DNA of 64,000 bases from an uncultured Chloroflexia bacterium (GTDB taxonomy: Bacteria > Chloroflexota > Limnocylindria > Limnocylindrales > CSP1-4): assembly GCA_963768655.1 (NCBI GenBank), contig CAVYIM010000007.1, forward strand, positions 192,001 to 256,000. The letters are read 5' to 3'. Made by a program: the position numbers and the translations under genes. A model generated the notes under the pieces. It worked only from the letters and a program-made list of their open reading frames with translations. It made no database searches and was not told where the DNA came from. Positions 39,442-49,424 of this stretch are shown here, piece by piece (positions within the stretch are counted from its first letter, which is position 1; every line of letters begins with the position of its first letter).

Positions 39442-41917
39442 TCAGAAGGCGACCACCGTAGCGCCGTCGCCGCCCTCCCCTCGCCCGCCGGGACGCCACG
39501 ATTTCACCAGCGGATGGCCCGACGCGAACTCGCGGACCGCGTCGCGGAGCGCACCCGTGCCCAGGCCGTGGATGATCGTGGCCTGCTCCAGGCCGGCCAG
39601 CGAGACGTCGTCGAGGTACCGGTCCAGGACCTCCAGCGCCTCACCGACCTTCGCCCCGCGAAGATCCAGTGAGGACGCGACGGTTCGCGCCCGTTCCAGC
39701 TGCAGCCGCGAGGCGGTCGTCCCGGCCTCCCCATCGCCCGTCGCTGCCAGTCGGCGGCCGCCCGGCCTCGAATCGATGGCCGCTCCCTCCCCTTCTCCGC
39801 CGACCGCCGGCTCCAGGTCCTCCAGCGGGACCGTCACGCGTATGCCTCCGGCCTCGAGAGTGGCGCGCCGGCCGCCCTTCTCCAGCGCGGCGATGCGGCC
39901 CTCCCACCCGCCGCTGATGCTGCGGGCGCGCATTCCGGTGTGCCAGGCCACCGCGCCCGGGCGTACCGTTCGAATCGGTTCGGGATCTGCCGGAGGGAGG
40001 CGCTCGAGCTGCGTCCTGGCCCGCTCGAGCCCTTCGTCGAGACTGCGTTGCGTCACCGTCTCGCGCTCGAGCTGGCGGCGGATCGTCCGAACTTCGGCCC
40101 TGACGTCGTCGACGAGCCGCTCGGCCTCGTCCCGGGCTGCCTTGACCGATTCGTCTCGCTCGCGCCGAGCGCGGCGTCGTTCGTCCTCCGCCGACGCGAG
40201 CGCAGCCCTGGCCCGGTCCTCGGCCGTGCGTGCTCGGGCGAGCGCTTCGGTCGTCTCGAGCTGAGTGGCCTTGATCGACGCCAGCGTCTCCTCGAAGGCC
40301 TGCTGCTCGTCCGTGAGCCTCGATCGAGCCTCCGCCACTATCGCCGGCGGCAGGCCCAACCGTTCGGCTATGGCGAAGGCCTGGCTCTGGCCCGGCAGGC
40401 CGATCGACAGCTTGTAGGTCGGGCGGAGCGTCTCCACGTCGAACTCGACGGAGGCGTTTCGAGCCTGCGGCGTGGTGTGGGCGTACAGCTTCAGCTCGGC
40501 GTAGTGGGTCGTGGCGGCGACCAGGGCGCCGGCCCTGATGAAGTGATCGAGCAGGGCCTGTGCCAGCGCGGAATCCTTCGGTCGGATCGGTCCCGGCGCC
40601 GAGCTCGTCCAGGAGAACAAGGTGATTCGGTCCCGCGGCCTCGACGATTCGAACGATCGAGCGCAGGTGTCCGCTGAAGGTGGAGAGAGACTGCGCGACC
40701 GACTGTTCGTCCCCGATGTCGGCGTAGACGTCGAAGAGGATCGGCAGGCTGGTGCCCGCCTCGGCGGGCACGTGCAGACCGGCCTGGTGCATCAGGCTGA
40801 GCAGACCCAGCGTTCGCAGCGCGACCGTCTTTCCGCCCGTGTTCGGGCCAGTGATCAGCAACGCGGTGTAGCCGTCTCCGAGGCGGATGTCGATCGGCAC
40901 CACCCGGCCAGGTAGGCCCGGATGACGCGCGCCGAGCATCACGATCTCGGGTCGAGTCGCGATCTCGGCGGCGATGGCGTCCATATCCTCGGCCAGGCGC
41001 GCCTTGGCGGCCCAGAAGTCGAATCTGGCCAGCGCATCGAGCGTTTCGCGGAGCTGGGGCGCCTGGCCGGCCACGAGAGTGGACAGCTCGTCGAGGATGC
41101 GCTCGACCTCCGTCTGTTCGGCGACCTGCGCCTCGCGCCACGCGTTGCCGAGCTCGACGGCCACGAGCGGCTCCACGAACAGCGTCTGGCCGCTGCCGGA
41201 GGCGTCATGGACGATGCCCTTCACCCGGCTGCGCGCGTCGGCCCGGACCGGGATGACGTACCTGCCGCCGCGCAGCGTCACCAGCGGCTCCTGAAGGGCG
41301 CTTGCAATGTCGCCGGAGTGGACCAGTTGATCCAGGCGGGTGCGTAGCCGGTCGTAGGCGACGCGCACGGCGCGGCGGAGTCCACCGAGGCGCGGTGACG
41401 CCGTATCGAGCAGCTCACCGGTTGGGTCGAAGCTGCGGCCGAGCACGCTGCGCAGGGCCGGCAGCGGGTGGATCTCGCGGCCGAGATCATGCAGGATCGG
41501 GCGCCGATCGCCGGACAGCGCCTCGGCCAGACGGGAGGCGGCCTCGAGCGTGGCGGCGATGTCAAGGAACTGGCCCGGATCCAGGCGACCGCGGCGGGCA
41601 GCGCGCTCCAGCGCCGGTCCGATGTCCTTGCTGCCGCCGATGCCGGCGCCCGGGTGGGCGGCCACGAAAGCGCGCGTCTGAGTCGTCTCCTCGAGCCCGT
41701 GGGCCACGATCACACGATCGGTCGACGGCTCGAGAGCCTCCGCGAGGCGGCGCCCCGGTGGGAACCCGGTCGCGGCGGCAAGCCGCGCGCGGACCAGCGG
41801 GAATTCCAACAGCGCCATGGAGCGCCGATCCATGTGCGCGCCCGGGCCGGGGCCGGCAATTGCAGGCTTAGCGGCCGCGTGGCCGGCCGCAACGTTGTCG
41901 AGGCCGGACGCGCTCAT
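39442..41917 (-). CDS. mutS2: Endonuclease MutS2 (+1 frameshift at about 40573)
   Basis: ITGPNTGGKT, DIGDEQS, STFSGH, DELGAGTDPTEG then SALA...TTHY...Smr IIHGLGTG in another frame. Confidence 0.92.
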
Positions 41918-42651
41918 CGAGTCGCCCTCGAGCCCGACACGGCCGGATTGCCCGCCGCCCAGACCCGCCACGGTTTGCTGAGCCAGGGTTCCGGCGTGGC
42001 GCCGAGGCCGACGCGCGGACCGAACGTCGGCTCCAGCGCCGGGTCGTCCGGGCGGGCCGGCTCCAGGCGGAGCGAGGCAGCCGGATCGCACAGATCCGCG
42101 CCGTCCTCGTCGCGTCCGATCGAGAAAGCGGCGCAGACCAGGCCCGGTCCGGAGGCGAGCCGCTCGATGGGCAGCGCGGCCACTCTCTGGCGGGCGGCGG
42201 CGGCCCGCGCGGCTCCCGCGAGGCCGTCATCATGCCGAGCGGCTCGGGCCACGATCCACTCCTGCCGGGCGCGGCGCATCAGGTCCGCTCCGTCTACCGG
42301 ATCGACGGAGCGCACGAGCAGGGCCGCGGGAAAGCCGCGCGGCTGGGTCACGACGTTCAAGCAGTGGTACATCCCATAGACAAGGTACACGTAGGCGTGG
42401 CCCGGCGGGCCGAACATGACGCCGTTGCGCTTCGTCGGTCCGAAGCGCGCGTGAGACGCCCTATCGTCGATCCCGATGTAGGCCTCGATCTCGACGATCC
42501 TGCCTACCCTTACGCCGGAAGCGTCGCTTCGGACCAGTCGTGCGCCCAGCAACTCGCGCGCCGCGGCGAGACTGTCCTCCTCGAGCAGGCCGCGCGGGTA
42601 CGCGCCGGTCGAGGAAGTGAGGCAGGATTCGATCGTGTCAGGCTCGCTCAG
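41914..42651 (-). CDS. mpg: DNA-3-methyladenine glycosylase
   Basis: GRIVEIEAY, MFGPPGHAYVYLVYGMYHCLNVV, GPGLVC, PRVG; start approximate. Confidence 0.92.
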   Translation of the reverse strand: MSEPDTIESCLTSSTGAYPRGLLEEDSLAAARELLGARLVRSDASGVRVGRIVEIEAYIGIDDRASHARFGPTKRNGVMFGPPGHAYVYLVYGMYHCLNVVTQPRGFPAALLVRSVDPVDGADLMRRARQEWIVARAARHDDGLAGAARAAAARQRVAALPIERLASGPGLVCAAFSIGRDEDGADLCDPAASLRLEPARPDDPALEPTFGPRVGLGATPEPWLSKPWRVWAAGNPAVSGSRATR

Positions 42652-43214
42652 GGGAAGAGCGAGACCAGGTCGCCGGGGAGCAGAACCGCCAATACGTGAA
42701 CGATCGGCGGCGCCACGTTGGCCTGTATCGCGCTGGCGATCTGGGACTGATCCATGACCTGGTAGAGGCTCCGAAGCTGGTCGATCTCTCCCGGGAAAGG
42801 ATCCGGCAGTGTGTAGGAGCCAAGAATGATGACCACGATCGTCAGCACGATGAACGCTTCCAGAAGTCCAAGAAGGCCACCGACGACGTCGTCGATGACC
42901 GGGTGGGCCGCCGAGAGTTCGGTGCGCTTGTAGAAGCCCTGGATGAGCACTGAGAAACCGATGGTGAGGGCGCAGAACAAGATGCCGAAGGCCAGCAGGT
43001 GATCGTAGCCGGCGGGGTATTGCTGCCATTGCGCGGCCAGGTAGCCGCCGACGGGATCGCGCAGGTTTGCCGAGACGAGGAAGGCGAATACGATCGAGAT
43101 GATCCCCAGAATCCGCCGGATGGCTCCCTGCATCGCCCCGACGACGAATGCACCGAACAGGACGATCACGATCGCCAGATCGACCAGCGAACCGGACTGG
43201 ATCTCTCCGATCAT
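42648..43214 (-). CDS. cvpA: CvpA (colicin V production) family membrane protein
   Basis: DLAIVIVL..GAMQG, DDVVGGLLG; four TMs; usual pheT-cvpA-mutS2 context. Confidence 0.82.
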   Translation of the reverse strand: MIGEIQSGSLVDLAIVIVLFGAFVVGAMQGAIRRILGIISIVFAFLVSANLRDPVGGYLAAQWQQYPAGYDHLLAFGILFCALTIGFSVLIQGFYKRTELSAAHPVIDDVVGGLLGLLEAFIVLTIVVIILGSYTLPDPFPGEIDQLRSLYQVMDQSQIASAIQANVAPPIVHVLAVLLPGDLVSLFP

Positions 43215-43405
43215 TGGTCTCCCTCGCATCCTCGAAACGGAGAAGAGGCTGGTTGACGCGAACGCGGCTAGGTTAGCAGCGCGCGCGCCACCGCGCCGCA
43301 CCTTACCAGTGCCCCGGCTCGCGCTTCAACTGGCAAAGCGTACGGGCGGGCACGTGACTTCAAGTGCGCCCGGCCGGCTATCACTGCCATATCGGCAACG
43401 AGAAC

Positions 43406-45907
43406 TCACATCCGGAGGTGGGCTCCGAGGTCGGTCTCGAGTCCTTTTCGAACCGCCCCTACGGCGGCGTCGACTTCCGCCTCCGTTAGAGTCCGGTCCT
43501 TCGCCCCCAGCACCAGCCGATAGGCCAGGCTCTTCTCATCGGCCGCCAGAGGCGTACCCCGGTACAGGTCGAAGAGGCGGACGCGGCGCAGGAGCGCGCC
43601 TCCGTGCTTTTGAATCGTGGCCTGAACCTCGGCGGCGGTGCGGGACTCGGCGACGATCACGGCCAGATCCCGTTCGACTTCCGGAAAGCGCGGAAGCGGC
43701 TCGACGTGTACGCGCAACGGAGCGGCGACGTCCAGCCCCGCGACGGCCACCTCGGCGACGATCACCCGCTGAGCGCGCAGGTCCCACGCCGCCGCCGCGT
43801 CCGGGTGCAGCTCCGCGACGCGGGCTGCGATCGCCTCGCCGCCGGACTCCTGCCGGGCCAGGAGCGCACGCCCGGGATGGAATGGGAAACCACGCGTGTC
43901 GGGCACGTACGAAGGCTCTGCGAGGCCCAGGCGACGGCACAGCAGCTCCAGGAGGCCCTTGGCGTCGTCGAGGTCGTACGGTCGAGCAGCGCGATTCCAG
44001 GCGGCAGGCTCCGCGGCGCCCGTCAGGAGGATCCCGAGACGAGTCCACTCACCCGGCCGCCCATCGACGCGCGCATAGCGCTTGCCGATCTCGAAGATGG
44101 CTACCTCCGAACGGCCCTGACGCTCATTCAGCGACAGCACGTCCAGCAGGCTGCCGGCCAGATGCCGGCGCAGGACGGAATGCTGGGCCGCAAGTGGGTT
44201 TGTAACGACGATTTCGTCCCCGGACTGGGCCGCCAGACCGGTGGGCAGAGCCGGTTCGCTGGCGTCATCGGGCCAGCGAAGTCGGGCTTCGTCCAGGGGC
44301 GAAACGAGGGCGTGCGTGACGACCTCGCTCACTCCGGCGCCGGCCAGAGTCTCGCGCACCAGCTCGCGCACCCGCAGGGGCGATGGCCGGTAGGCCGGCG
44401 TCAGCGTGTCCGGGAGATGGGCCGGCGTCGTCTCATACCCGCGCACGCGGGCAACCTCCTCGGCCAGGTCCATCTCGATGGCGAGGTCGCGGCGCCACGT
44501 CGGTACGATTGCGACCAGCGTCGGCTCTGAGCCCGGCTTGATGAGGAGCGGCTTCGGAGCCTCGGACACCAGGATGTGTGTGCCGGCCGGGGCCGGTTCC
44601 GTCTCGACGCCGACCCGGCGCAACAGATTGCGCTGTTCGGCGACGGAGATCTCGGTACCGAGCATCCTGCTGACGCGGGCCGGCCGGAAAGCGACCCGAA
44701 CAGCCGCCGGCTCCGTGGCCGCCGTGTCTACGCGACCCTTCGAGAGCGCCCCGCCTGCCCACGCAAGCGTCAGCTGTGCGACCCGATCCGCGCCGATTCG
44801 TGCGAGGCGGAACTCCTGGCCCTTCTCGAAGCGAAGGCTTGCCTCGGACCGGAGAGCGTACCGATGCCCCGTGCGACGAATGCTGACGGGGTCGAAGACG
44901 GCCGACTCGATCGCGATCTCAGTGGTCGCGTCCGTGATCTCACTGTCGAAGCCGCCCATGATCCCCGCGATCCCGATCGGACCGCTCGAGTCGGCGATGA
45001 TCAGCGTCTCCGGCGTCAGGACACGCTCGACATGGTCGAGGGTCTCCAGTCGCTCGCCTACGACCGCGCGTCGAACGATGATGGTGCCGTCCCTCACCGC
45101 AGCGCCGTTGAACGTGTGCGTCGGCTTGCCGAGTTCGAGCATGACGTAGTTCGATGCGTCGACGACGTTGCTGACCGGGCGCATGCCGGCGGCCTGGAGG
45201 CGCATCTGGGCCCAGTCCGGCGAGGGCCCGATCTTCGCCCCGCTCACCCATCGCCCGACGAAACGCGTGCACAACTCGGGCTCTCGGACCTCGACCCTCA
45301 GATGGTCCGAAACGGGACCGTCCGTCTCCTCGACGACGATCTCGGGCCAGCGGAGGCCGGCACCCGTCGCCGCCGATACCTCGCGCGCCAGGCCGATCAG
45401 GCATAGCGCGTCGCCGCGATTGGGTTTCACGTCCACGTCCAGAACCTCGTCGCCGTACAGCTCGCTCAGGTCACGGCCGAGTGGCGTCGCCGGTGGGAGG
45501 ATGAGGATTCCCTCCGCGTCACTGGTGATGTGGAGCTCGTCGCCGGAGCAGAGCATTCCCTCCGAGGCGATGCCCATCTTCTCGGTCCGCTCGATGCGGC
45601 GATCTCCCGGCAGGACGGCGCCGGGCAAGGCAACCGGCACACGCTGGCCGGGGGCGATGTTGTGTGCGCCACAGACGATGTGGAGCGGCTCGCCCGAGCC
45701 GATGGTGACCGTCGTGAGATGGAGGCGGTCGGCGAACGGGTGCTTCTCGACGGTCAACAGCTCGCCGACGACGACGGAGCGCCAGTCGGCGCCCCAGCGT
45801 TCGACGCCCTTGACCTCCATGCCGAGGAGAGTCAGGCGCTCGGCCAGCTGTTCGGGCGAGAGCTGGATGTCGACGTATTCGCGCAGCCAGCCAAGCGGGA
45901 CTCTCAT
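43406..45907 (-). CDS. pheT: Phenylalanine-tRNA ligase beta subunit
   Basis: MRVPLGWLREYV, VCGAHN, SEGMLCS, PNRGD, RFEKG, ERDLA. Confidence 0.97.
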   Translation of the reverse strand: MRVPLGWLREYVDIQLSPEQLAERLTLLGMEVKGVERWGADWRSVVVGELLTVEKHPFADRLHLTTVTIGSGEPLHIVCGAHNIAPGQRVPVALPGAVLPGDRRIERTEKMGIASEGMLCSGDELHITSDAEGILILPPATPLGRDLSELYGDEVLDVDVKPNRGDALCLIGLAREVSAATGAGLRWPEIVVEETDGPVSDHLRVEVREPELCTRFVGRWVSGAKIGPSPDWAQMRLQAAGMRPVSNVVDASNYVMLELGKPTHTFNGAAVRDGTIIVRRAVVGERLETLDHVERVLTPETLIIADSSGPIGIAGIMGGFDSEITDATTEIAIESAVFDPVSIRRTGHRYALRSEASLRFEKGQEFRLARIGADRVAQLTLAWAGGALSKGRVDTAATEPAAVRVAFRPARVSRMLGTEISVAEQRNLLRRVGVETEPAPAGTHILVSEAPKPLLIKPGSEPTLVAIVPTWRRDLAIEMDLAEEVARVRGYETTPAHLPDTLTPAYRPSPLRVRELVRETLAGAGVSEVVTHALVSPLDEARLRWPDDASEPALPTGLAAQSGDEIVVTNPLAAQHSVLRRHLAGSLLDVLSLNERQGRSEVAIFEIGKRYARVDGRPGEWTRLGILLTGAAEPAAWNRAARPYDLDDAKGLLELLCRRLGLAEPSYVPDTRGFPFHPGRALLARQESGGEAIAARVAELHPDAAAAWDLRAQRVIVAEVAVAGLDVAAPLRVHVEPLPRFPEVERDLAVIVAESRTAAEVQATIQKHGGALLRRVRLFDLYRGTPLAADEKSLAYRLVLGAKDRTLTEAEVDAAVGAVRKGLETDLGAHLRM

Positions 45908-46941
45908 CGGAACTGCTCCAGGAAGCGCAGATCGTTCTCGAGGTAGTAGCGCAGGTCGGGCACGGCATGGCGCAGGTTGGCGATGCGCTCCACGCCCATG
46001 CCGAAGGCGAAGCCCTGGTATCGCTCGGGGTCGATACCGCCGTACTGGAGAACCACCGGGTGGACCATGCCGGCGCCCAGGATCGTCATCCAGCCCGTCC
46101 TCGAACAGGCCGGACAGCCGGCGCCGCCGCAGACGACGCACTCGACGTCGAACGCCGCCGACGGCTCCGTGAACGGGTAATATCCGGGCCGGAAGCGTGT
46201 CTTGCGCGGCCCGAAGAGAGCGTGGGCGAACTCGTCGAGCAGGCCCTTCAGGTCGGCCATCGAGGTGCCCTCGTCGACCATCAGCCCCTCGACCTGGAAG
46301 AACTCGAAGCCGTGGCTGGCGTCGACGGCCTCGTAACGGAAGCAGCGACCCGGCAGCAGCGCCCGAATTGGCGGTCGGGTCGACTGCATCACTCGGATCT
46401 GGCCCGGGCTGGTGTGGGTTCGCAACAGGTGCCCGGGGATGTCCACGTAGAGAGTGTCCCACAGGTCCCGAGCGGGATGGTCCGGCGCGATGTTGAGCAT
46501 CTGGAAGTTCGTCAGGTCGTCCTCGACCTCGGGGCCCTCATAGACGACGAACCCGAACTGCCCGAAAACCTCCGCGATGGCCGCGACCGTTTCGGGAATG
46601 GGATGGAGCGTGCCTCGCGGAACGGTCCGGCCCGGCAGCGTCACGTCCGCCTTCTCCGCCACGAGCCGTTGCGCCTGAACGCCGGCCCTCAGCTCGGCGC
46701 TGCGTTCGGCCAGGGCCGTCTTGACAGCCTCTCCGATCTCGTTGGCCACGGCGCCGACACGCGGCCGGTCTTCCGGCAGCAGCGCTCCGATGCCGCGCAG
46801 GACGGCCGTGAGCTCCCCCTTCTTGCCCAGGTACTGTATCTGCAGCTGTTCGAGCGCTGCGGGATCGGCCGCTTTCGCGATCTCAGCCAGGGCGCGATCC
46901 ATGAGGCGACGCAGGTCACCGCTCAGGCTGTCGAAGTCCAC
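45904..46941 (-). CDS. pheS: Phenylalanine-tRNA ligase alpha subunit
   Basis: HPARD, LLRTHTSPGQ, YPFTEPS, GFAFGMGVER. Confidence 0.97.
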   Translation of the reverse strand: MDFDSLSGDLRRLMDRALAEIAKAADPAALEQLQIQYLGKKGELTAVLRGIGALLPEDRPRVGAVANEIGEAVKTALAERSAELRAGVQAQRLVAEKADVTLPGRTVPRGTLHPIPETVAAIAEVFGQFGFVVYEGPEVEDDLTNFQMLNIAPDHPARDLWDTLYVDIPGHLLRTHTSPGQIRVMQSTRPPIRALLPGRCFRYEAVDASHGFEFFQVEGLMVDEGTSMADLKGLLDEFAHALFGPRKTRFRPGYYPFTEPSAAFDVECVVCGGAGCPACSRTGWMTILGAGMVHPVVLQYGGIDPERYQGFAFGMGVERIANLRHAVPDLRYYLENDLRFLEQFR

Positions 46942-47004
46942 GCCACGTTTCCTCGCTCTATCGCCGGGCCGGGTGGCTCGGCGTCGACATCGGTCGCTCC
47001 AGGA

Positions 47005-47280
47005 ATCCAGAACCCTCGACTGTCCGCATCCGTTCGAACACGGGGACGAGTCGAGGGCTCGCGGTACCACCCCGCTTCCCCGGTGGCCGGTGTGCCGCCA
47101 GGGCGCTTGTGGGCCCGATATCGGGGGACCGACCGGTCCGCCTACTCACTCGGACGCCTGTGCGTCGGAGCTTCAACGGACGGCTCTGGAGCGAACCGGC
47201 GAGATCGATCGCGGACGGGCTTCCAGTCGCCGACCCGTCCTCCCTGGGGGATCTGTCCTCGCCTCTTCTCCGTCCTCGCC
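47005..47280 (-). promoter_or_regulatory. T-box riboswitch (Phe) upstream of pheST
   Basis: GGTGGTACCGCG T-box (about 47060-47071), AG bulge CAGGGAG, TTC specifier at 47193-47195, hairpin GAGCCCTCGACT/AGTCGAGGGTTC. Confidence 0.88.
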
Positions 47281-47319
47281 TCTACTTCCTGTCAGCCGGC
47301 CGTCTCCGGCCGGCCCGGC

Positions 47320-47676
47320 TCAAGCCGGCGCCTTGCCGGCGGCAGCCACTACCTGTGCGAATGCCGAGGCGTCGCGAATGGCCAGATCGGCCAGGACCTT
47401 GCGGTCGAGGTCGATGTTCGCGGCCTTGAGACCGGCGATCAACTTGCCGTAGGTCGTGCCGTTCTGGCGAGCGGCCGCGTTGATGCGGATGATCCAGAGC
47501 TCGCGCATCTGGCGCTTGCGCTGCTTGCGGTCGCGGGTCGCGTACGCCAGCGCGTGCAGCATCGACTCATGGGCTCGCTTGACGAGCTTCGAGTTGGTGC
47601 CGGACCGGCCCTCGGCGTCGTTGAGAAGCCGCTTATGGCGGCGATGGGCGGTTACGCCTCGCTTGACGCGTGCCAT
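47320..47676 (-). CDS. rplT: 50S ribosomal protein L20
   Basis: [39 protein letters not shown]. Confidence 0.98.
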   Translation of the reverse strand: MARVKRGVTAHRRHKRLLNDAEGRSGTNSKLVKRAHESMLHALAYATRDRKQRKRQMRELWIIRINAAARQNGTTYGKLIAGLKAANIDLDRKVLADLAIRDASAFAQVVAAAGKAPA

Positions 47677-47682
47677 CGAAGA

Positions 47683-47886
47683 TCAGACTCCCAGGTACGG
47701 CAGCAGCCGGCGGATCTGGTCGAGAGACTCGCCGCTGACGAGCTCCTTGCCCTCATAGCGGCGCGTGCGCCGCGAGGACTTCAGTTCGAGGTGGTGTCCG
47801 CGCCACGACTTGACCCGGACCGCCTTGCCACTGCCGGTGACCCCAATCCGTTTCTGGGCCCCCTTGTGGCTCTTCATCTTGGGCAC
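47683..47886 (-). CDS. rpmI: 50S ribosomal protein L35
   Basis: MPKMKSHKGAQKR...LLPY. Confidence 0.96.
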   Translation of the reverse strand: MPKMKSHKGAQKRIGVTGSGKAVRVKSWRGHHLELKSSRRTRRYEGKELVSGESLDQIRRLLPYLGV

Positions 47887-47887
47887 G

Positions 47888-48565
47888 TCAGTTCACCTTC
47901 CCGTTTGACGCCGCGCCGTCCTCCGGCTCGGGTCCGGGAGCCGCCGGTCTGTCCGGGGTCTCCACGCTAGATGTATCTTCGGCGTCCAGAGAGGACGCCC
48001 CGTCACCTGCGCCGGCGTGGCCTTTCGCCGCCGCTGTCGGCTCATGCGGCTTTGGCTTGTGGACCGAGGCCACGCTTATGTGCATCGATTTGCCTTCGAG
48101 CAGCGGAGGCCGCTCGACAACGCCGTGTTCCTTGATCTGCTCCGCGAACTTGTCCAGCAGATCGCGCCCGATCTGCGGGTGAGTCAGCTCGCGGCCGCGG
48201 AACTGGACCGCAACCTTGACCCTGTCGCCTTCTTCCAGAAACTCGATCGCGCGTCTGACCTTCGTATCGAAGTCGCCGGTGCCGATCTTCGGCTTCAGGC
48301 GGACTTCCTTGAACGTAACAGACCGCTGCCGCCGCTTGGCCTCCTTCTCACGCTTGGTCAGCTCGTACTTGTACTGACCGAAATCGAGGAGTCGCGCCAC
48401 GGGAGGACTGGCCAGTGGTGCGACCTCCACCAGGTCGAGCCCCCGCTCCTGCGCAAGCCTCAAGGCGTCGGCTGTTCGCATCACGCCAAGCTGGCTACCG
48501 TCTTCGTCGACAACCCGTACGTCGAACACACGGATCATCTGATTGATGCGCAGGTCTCGGCTGAT
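47888..48565 (-). CDS. infC: Translation initiation factor IF-3 (probable ATC start)
   Basis: RINQMIR, LDLVEVAP, PPVARLLDFGQYKY, FRGRE; AGAAGGGG RBS before ATC at 48565. Confidence 0.95.
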   Translation of the reverse strand: MSRDLRINQMIRVFDVRVVDEDGSQLGVMRTADALRLAQERGLDLVEVAPLASPPVARLLDFGQYKYELTKREKEAKRRQRSVTFKEVRLKPKIGTGDFDTKVRRAIEFLEEGDRVKVAVQFRGRELTHPQIGRDLLDKFAEQIKEHGVVERPPLLEGKSMHISVASVHKPKPHEPTAAAKGHAGAGDGASSLDAEDTSSVETPDRPAAPGPEPEDGAASNGKVN

Positions 48566-48802
48566 GGCGAACCCCTTCTGTACGTGTTCCGGTTGCCGGC
48601 GACCGGGCCACTCTGCCCGGAGACAGGCGGACGCACAAACCCGGGGCACGGCTGCGCCGGGCTGTCGCCCGCGGGACTATAGCACACGGATTCCGGCACC
48701 GGCAAACGCGCGACCGACACGTTTCGCGCCGTTTCGCCGTCGTTTTCCGCGCGGTGTGTGATGATGCCCGCGTCACTCGCAAAGTGGATCTGAGGAGTGC
48801 TG

Positions 48803-49405
48803 ATGGGGCGGTCGATTCTGGCGTCTGCGCTGGCTCTGTTTCTGGTCGTGGCGACAATCGCCGGGTGCGGGACCACGACACCCACACCCACGCCATCCCC
48901 GAGCCCGAGCCCCAGTCCCACGCCCACTGCATCTGCGACGGCCACTCCGTCTCCGATCCTCTCCCCTACTCCGACCCCGTCGCCGACGCCCACCGTCAAC
49001 CCGAATGCCTCTCCGACTCCTCTGCCGACCGGTGGCCCGGGAGCGTACTACGCGGTCAACAACTACGAGCAGGACCTGCTTGCCGGAAACTACGCGAAGG
49101 CTTGGGCGCTCCTCAGCAAGAGCAGCCAGAGCATGGCCAAATGGGGCACGCTCGCCGGCTTCACGAAAGAGCGGGCTGCCTTCCTGGCCACTGCCGGCAC
49201 GGACTTCCAGGAAGAGTTGAGCCCTACCAACACGCTGACTCTGCGCCAGTGGATCGAGGGAGCCAACTGGATGTCGCAGATCGACCAGGCTCACGCCTAC
49301 CTGGTCAGCGTCAAGTGGACCTCAATCACAACGGCCTACGCGGGTTGGGAGATCTGGGTGGTCAATCCCACCAAGACCGGCTGGCTCCTGTACGAGGCTC
49401 ACTAG
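48803..49405 (+). CDS. Lipoprotein with Pro/Ser/Thr linker
   Basis: Lipobox IAGC, PT/PS repeats, compact C-terminal domain; GAGGAG RBS. Confidence 0.8.
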   Translation: MGRSILASALALFLVVATIAGCGTTTPTPTPSPSPSPSPTPTASATATPSPILSPTPTPSPTPTVNPNASPTPLPTGGPGAYYAVNNYEQDLLAGNYAKAWALLSKSSQSMAKWGTLAGFTKERAAFLATAGTDFQEELSPTNTLTLRQWIEGANWMSQIDQAHAYLVSVKWTSITTAYAGWEIWVVNPTKTGWLLYEAH

Positions 49406-49424
49406 CCAACCCTTCGGTCGTGAG

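Noticed and set aside
12670-47970. Long alternative ORFs (e.g. 12670-14250, 15555-17576, 36599-38395, 45967-47970)
   Set aside because: Antisense shadows of well-supported genes, expected from high-GC codon bias.
36165-49030. Tandem repeats at 36165-36370 and 48870-49030 as CRISPR or VNTR arrays
   Set aside because: They are in-frame Pro/Thr/Ser linkers with no repeat-spacer structure; no CRISPR array or cas gene seen in the window.
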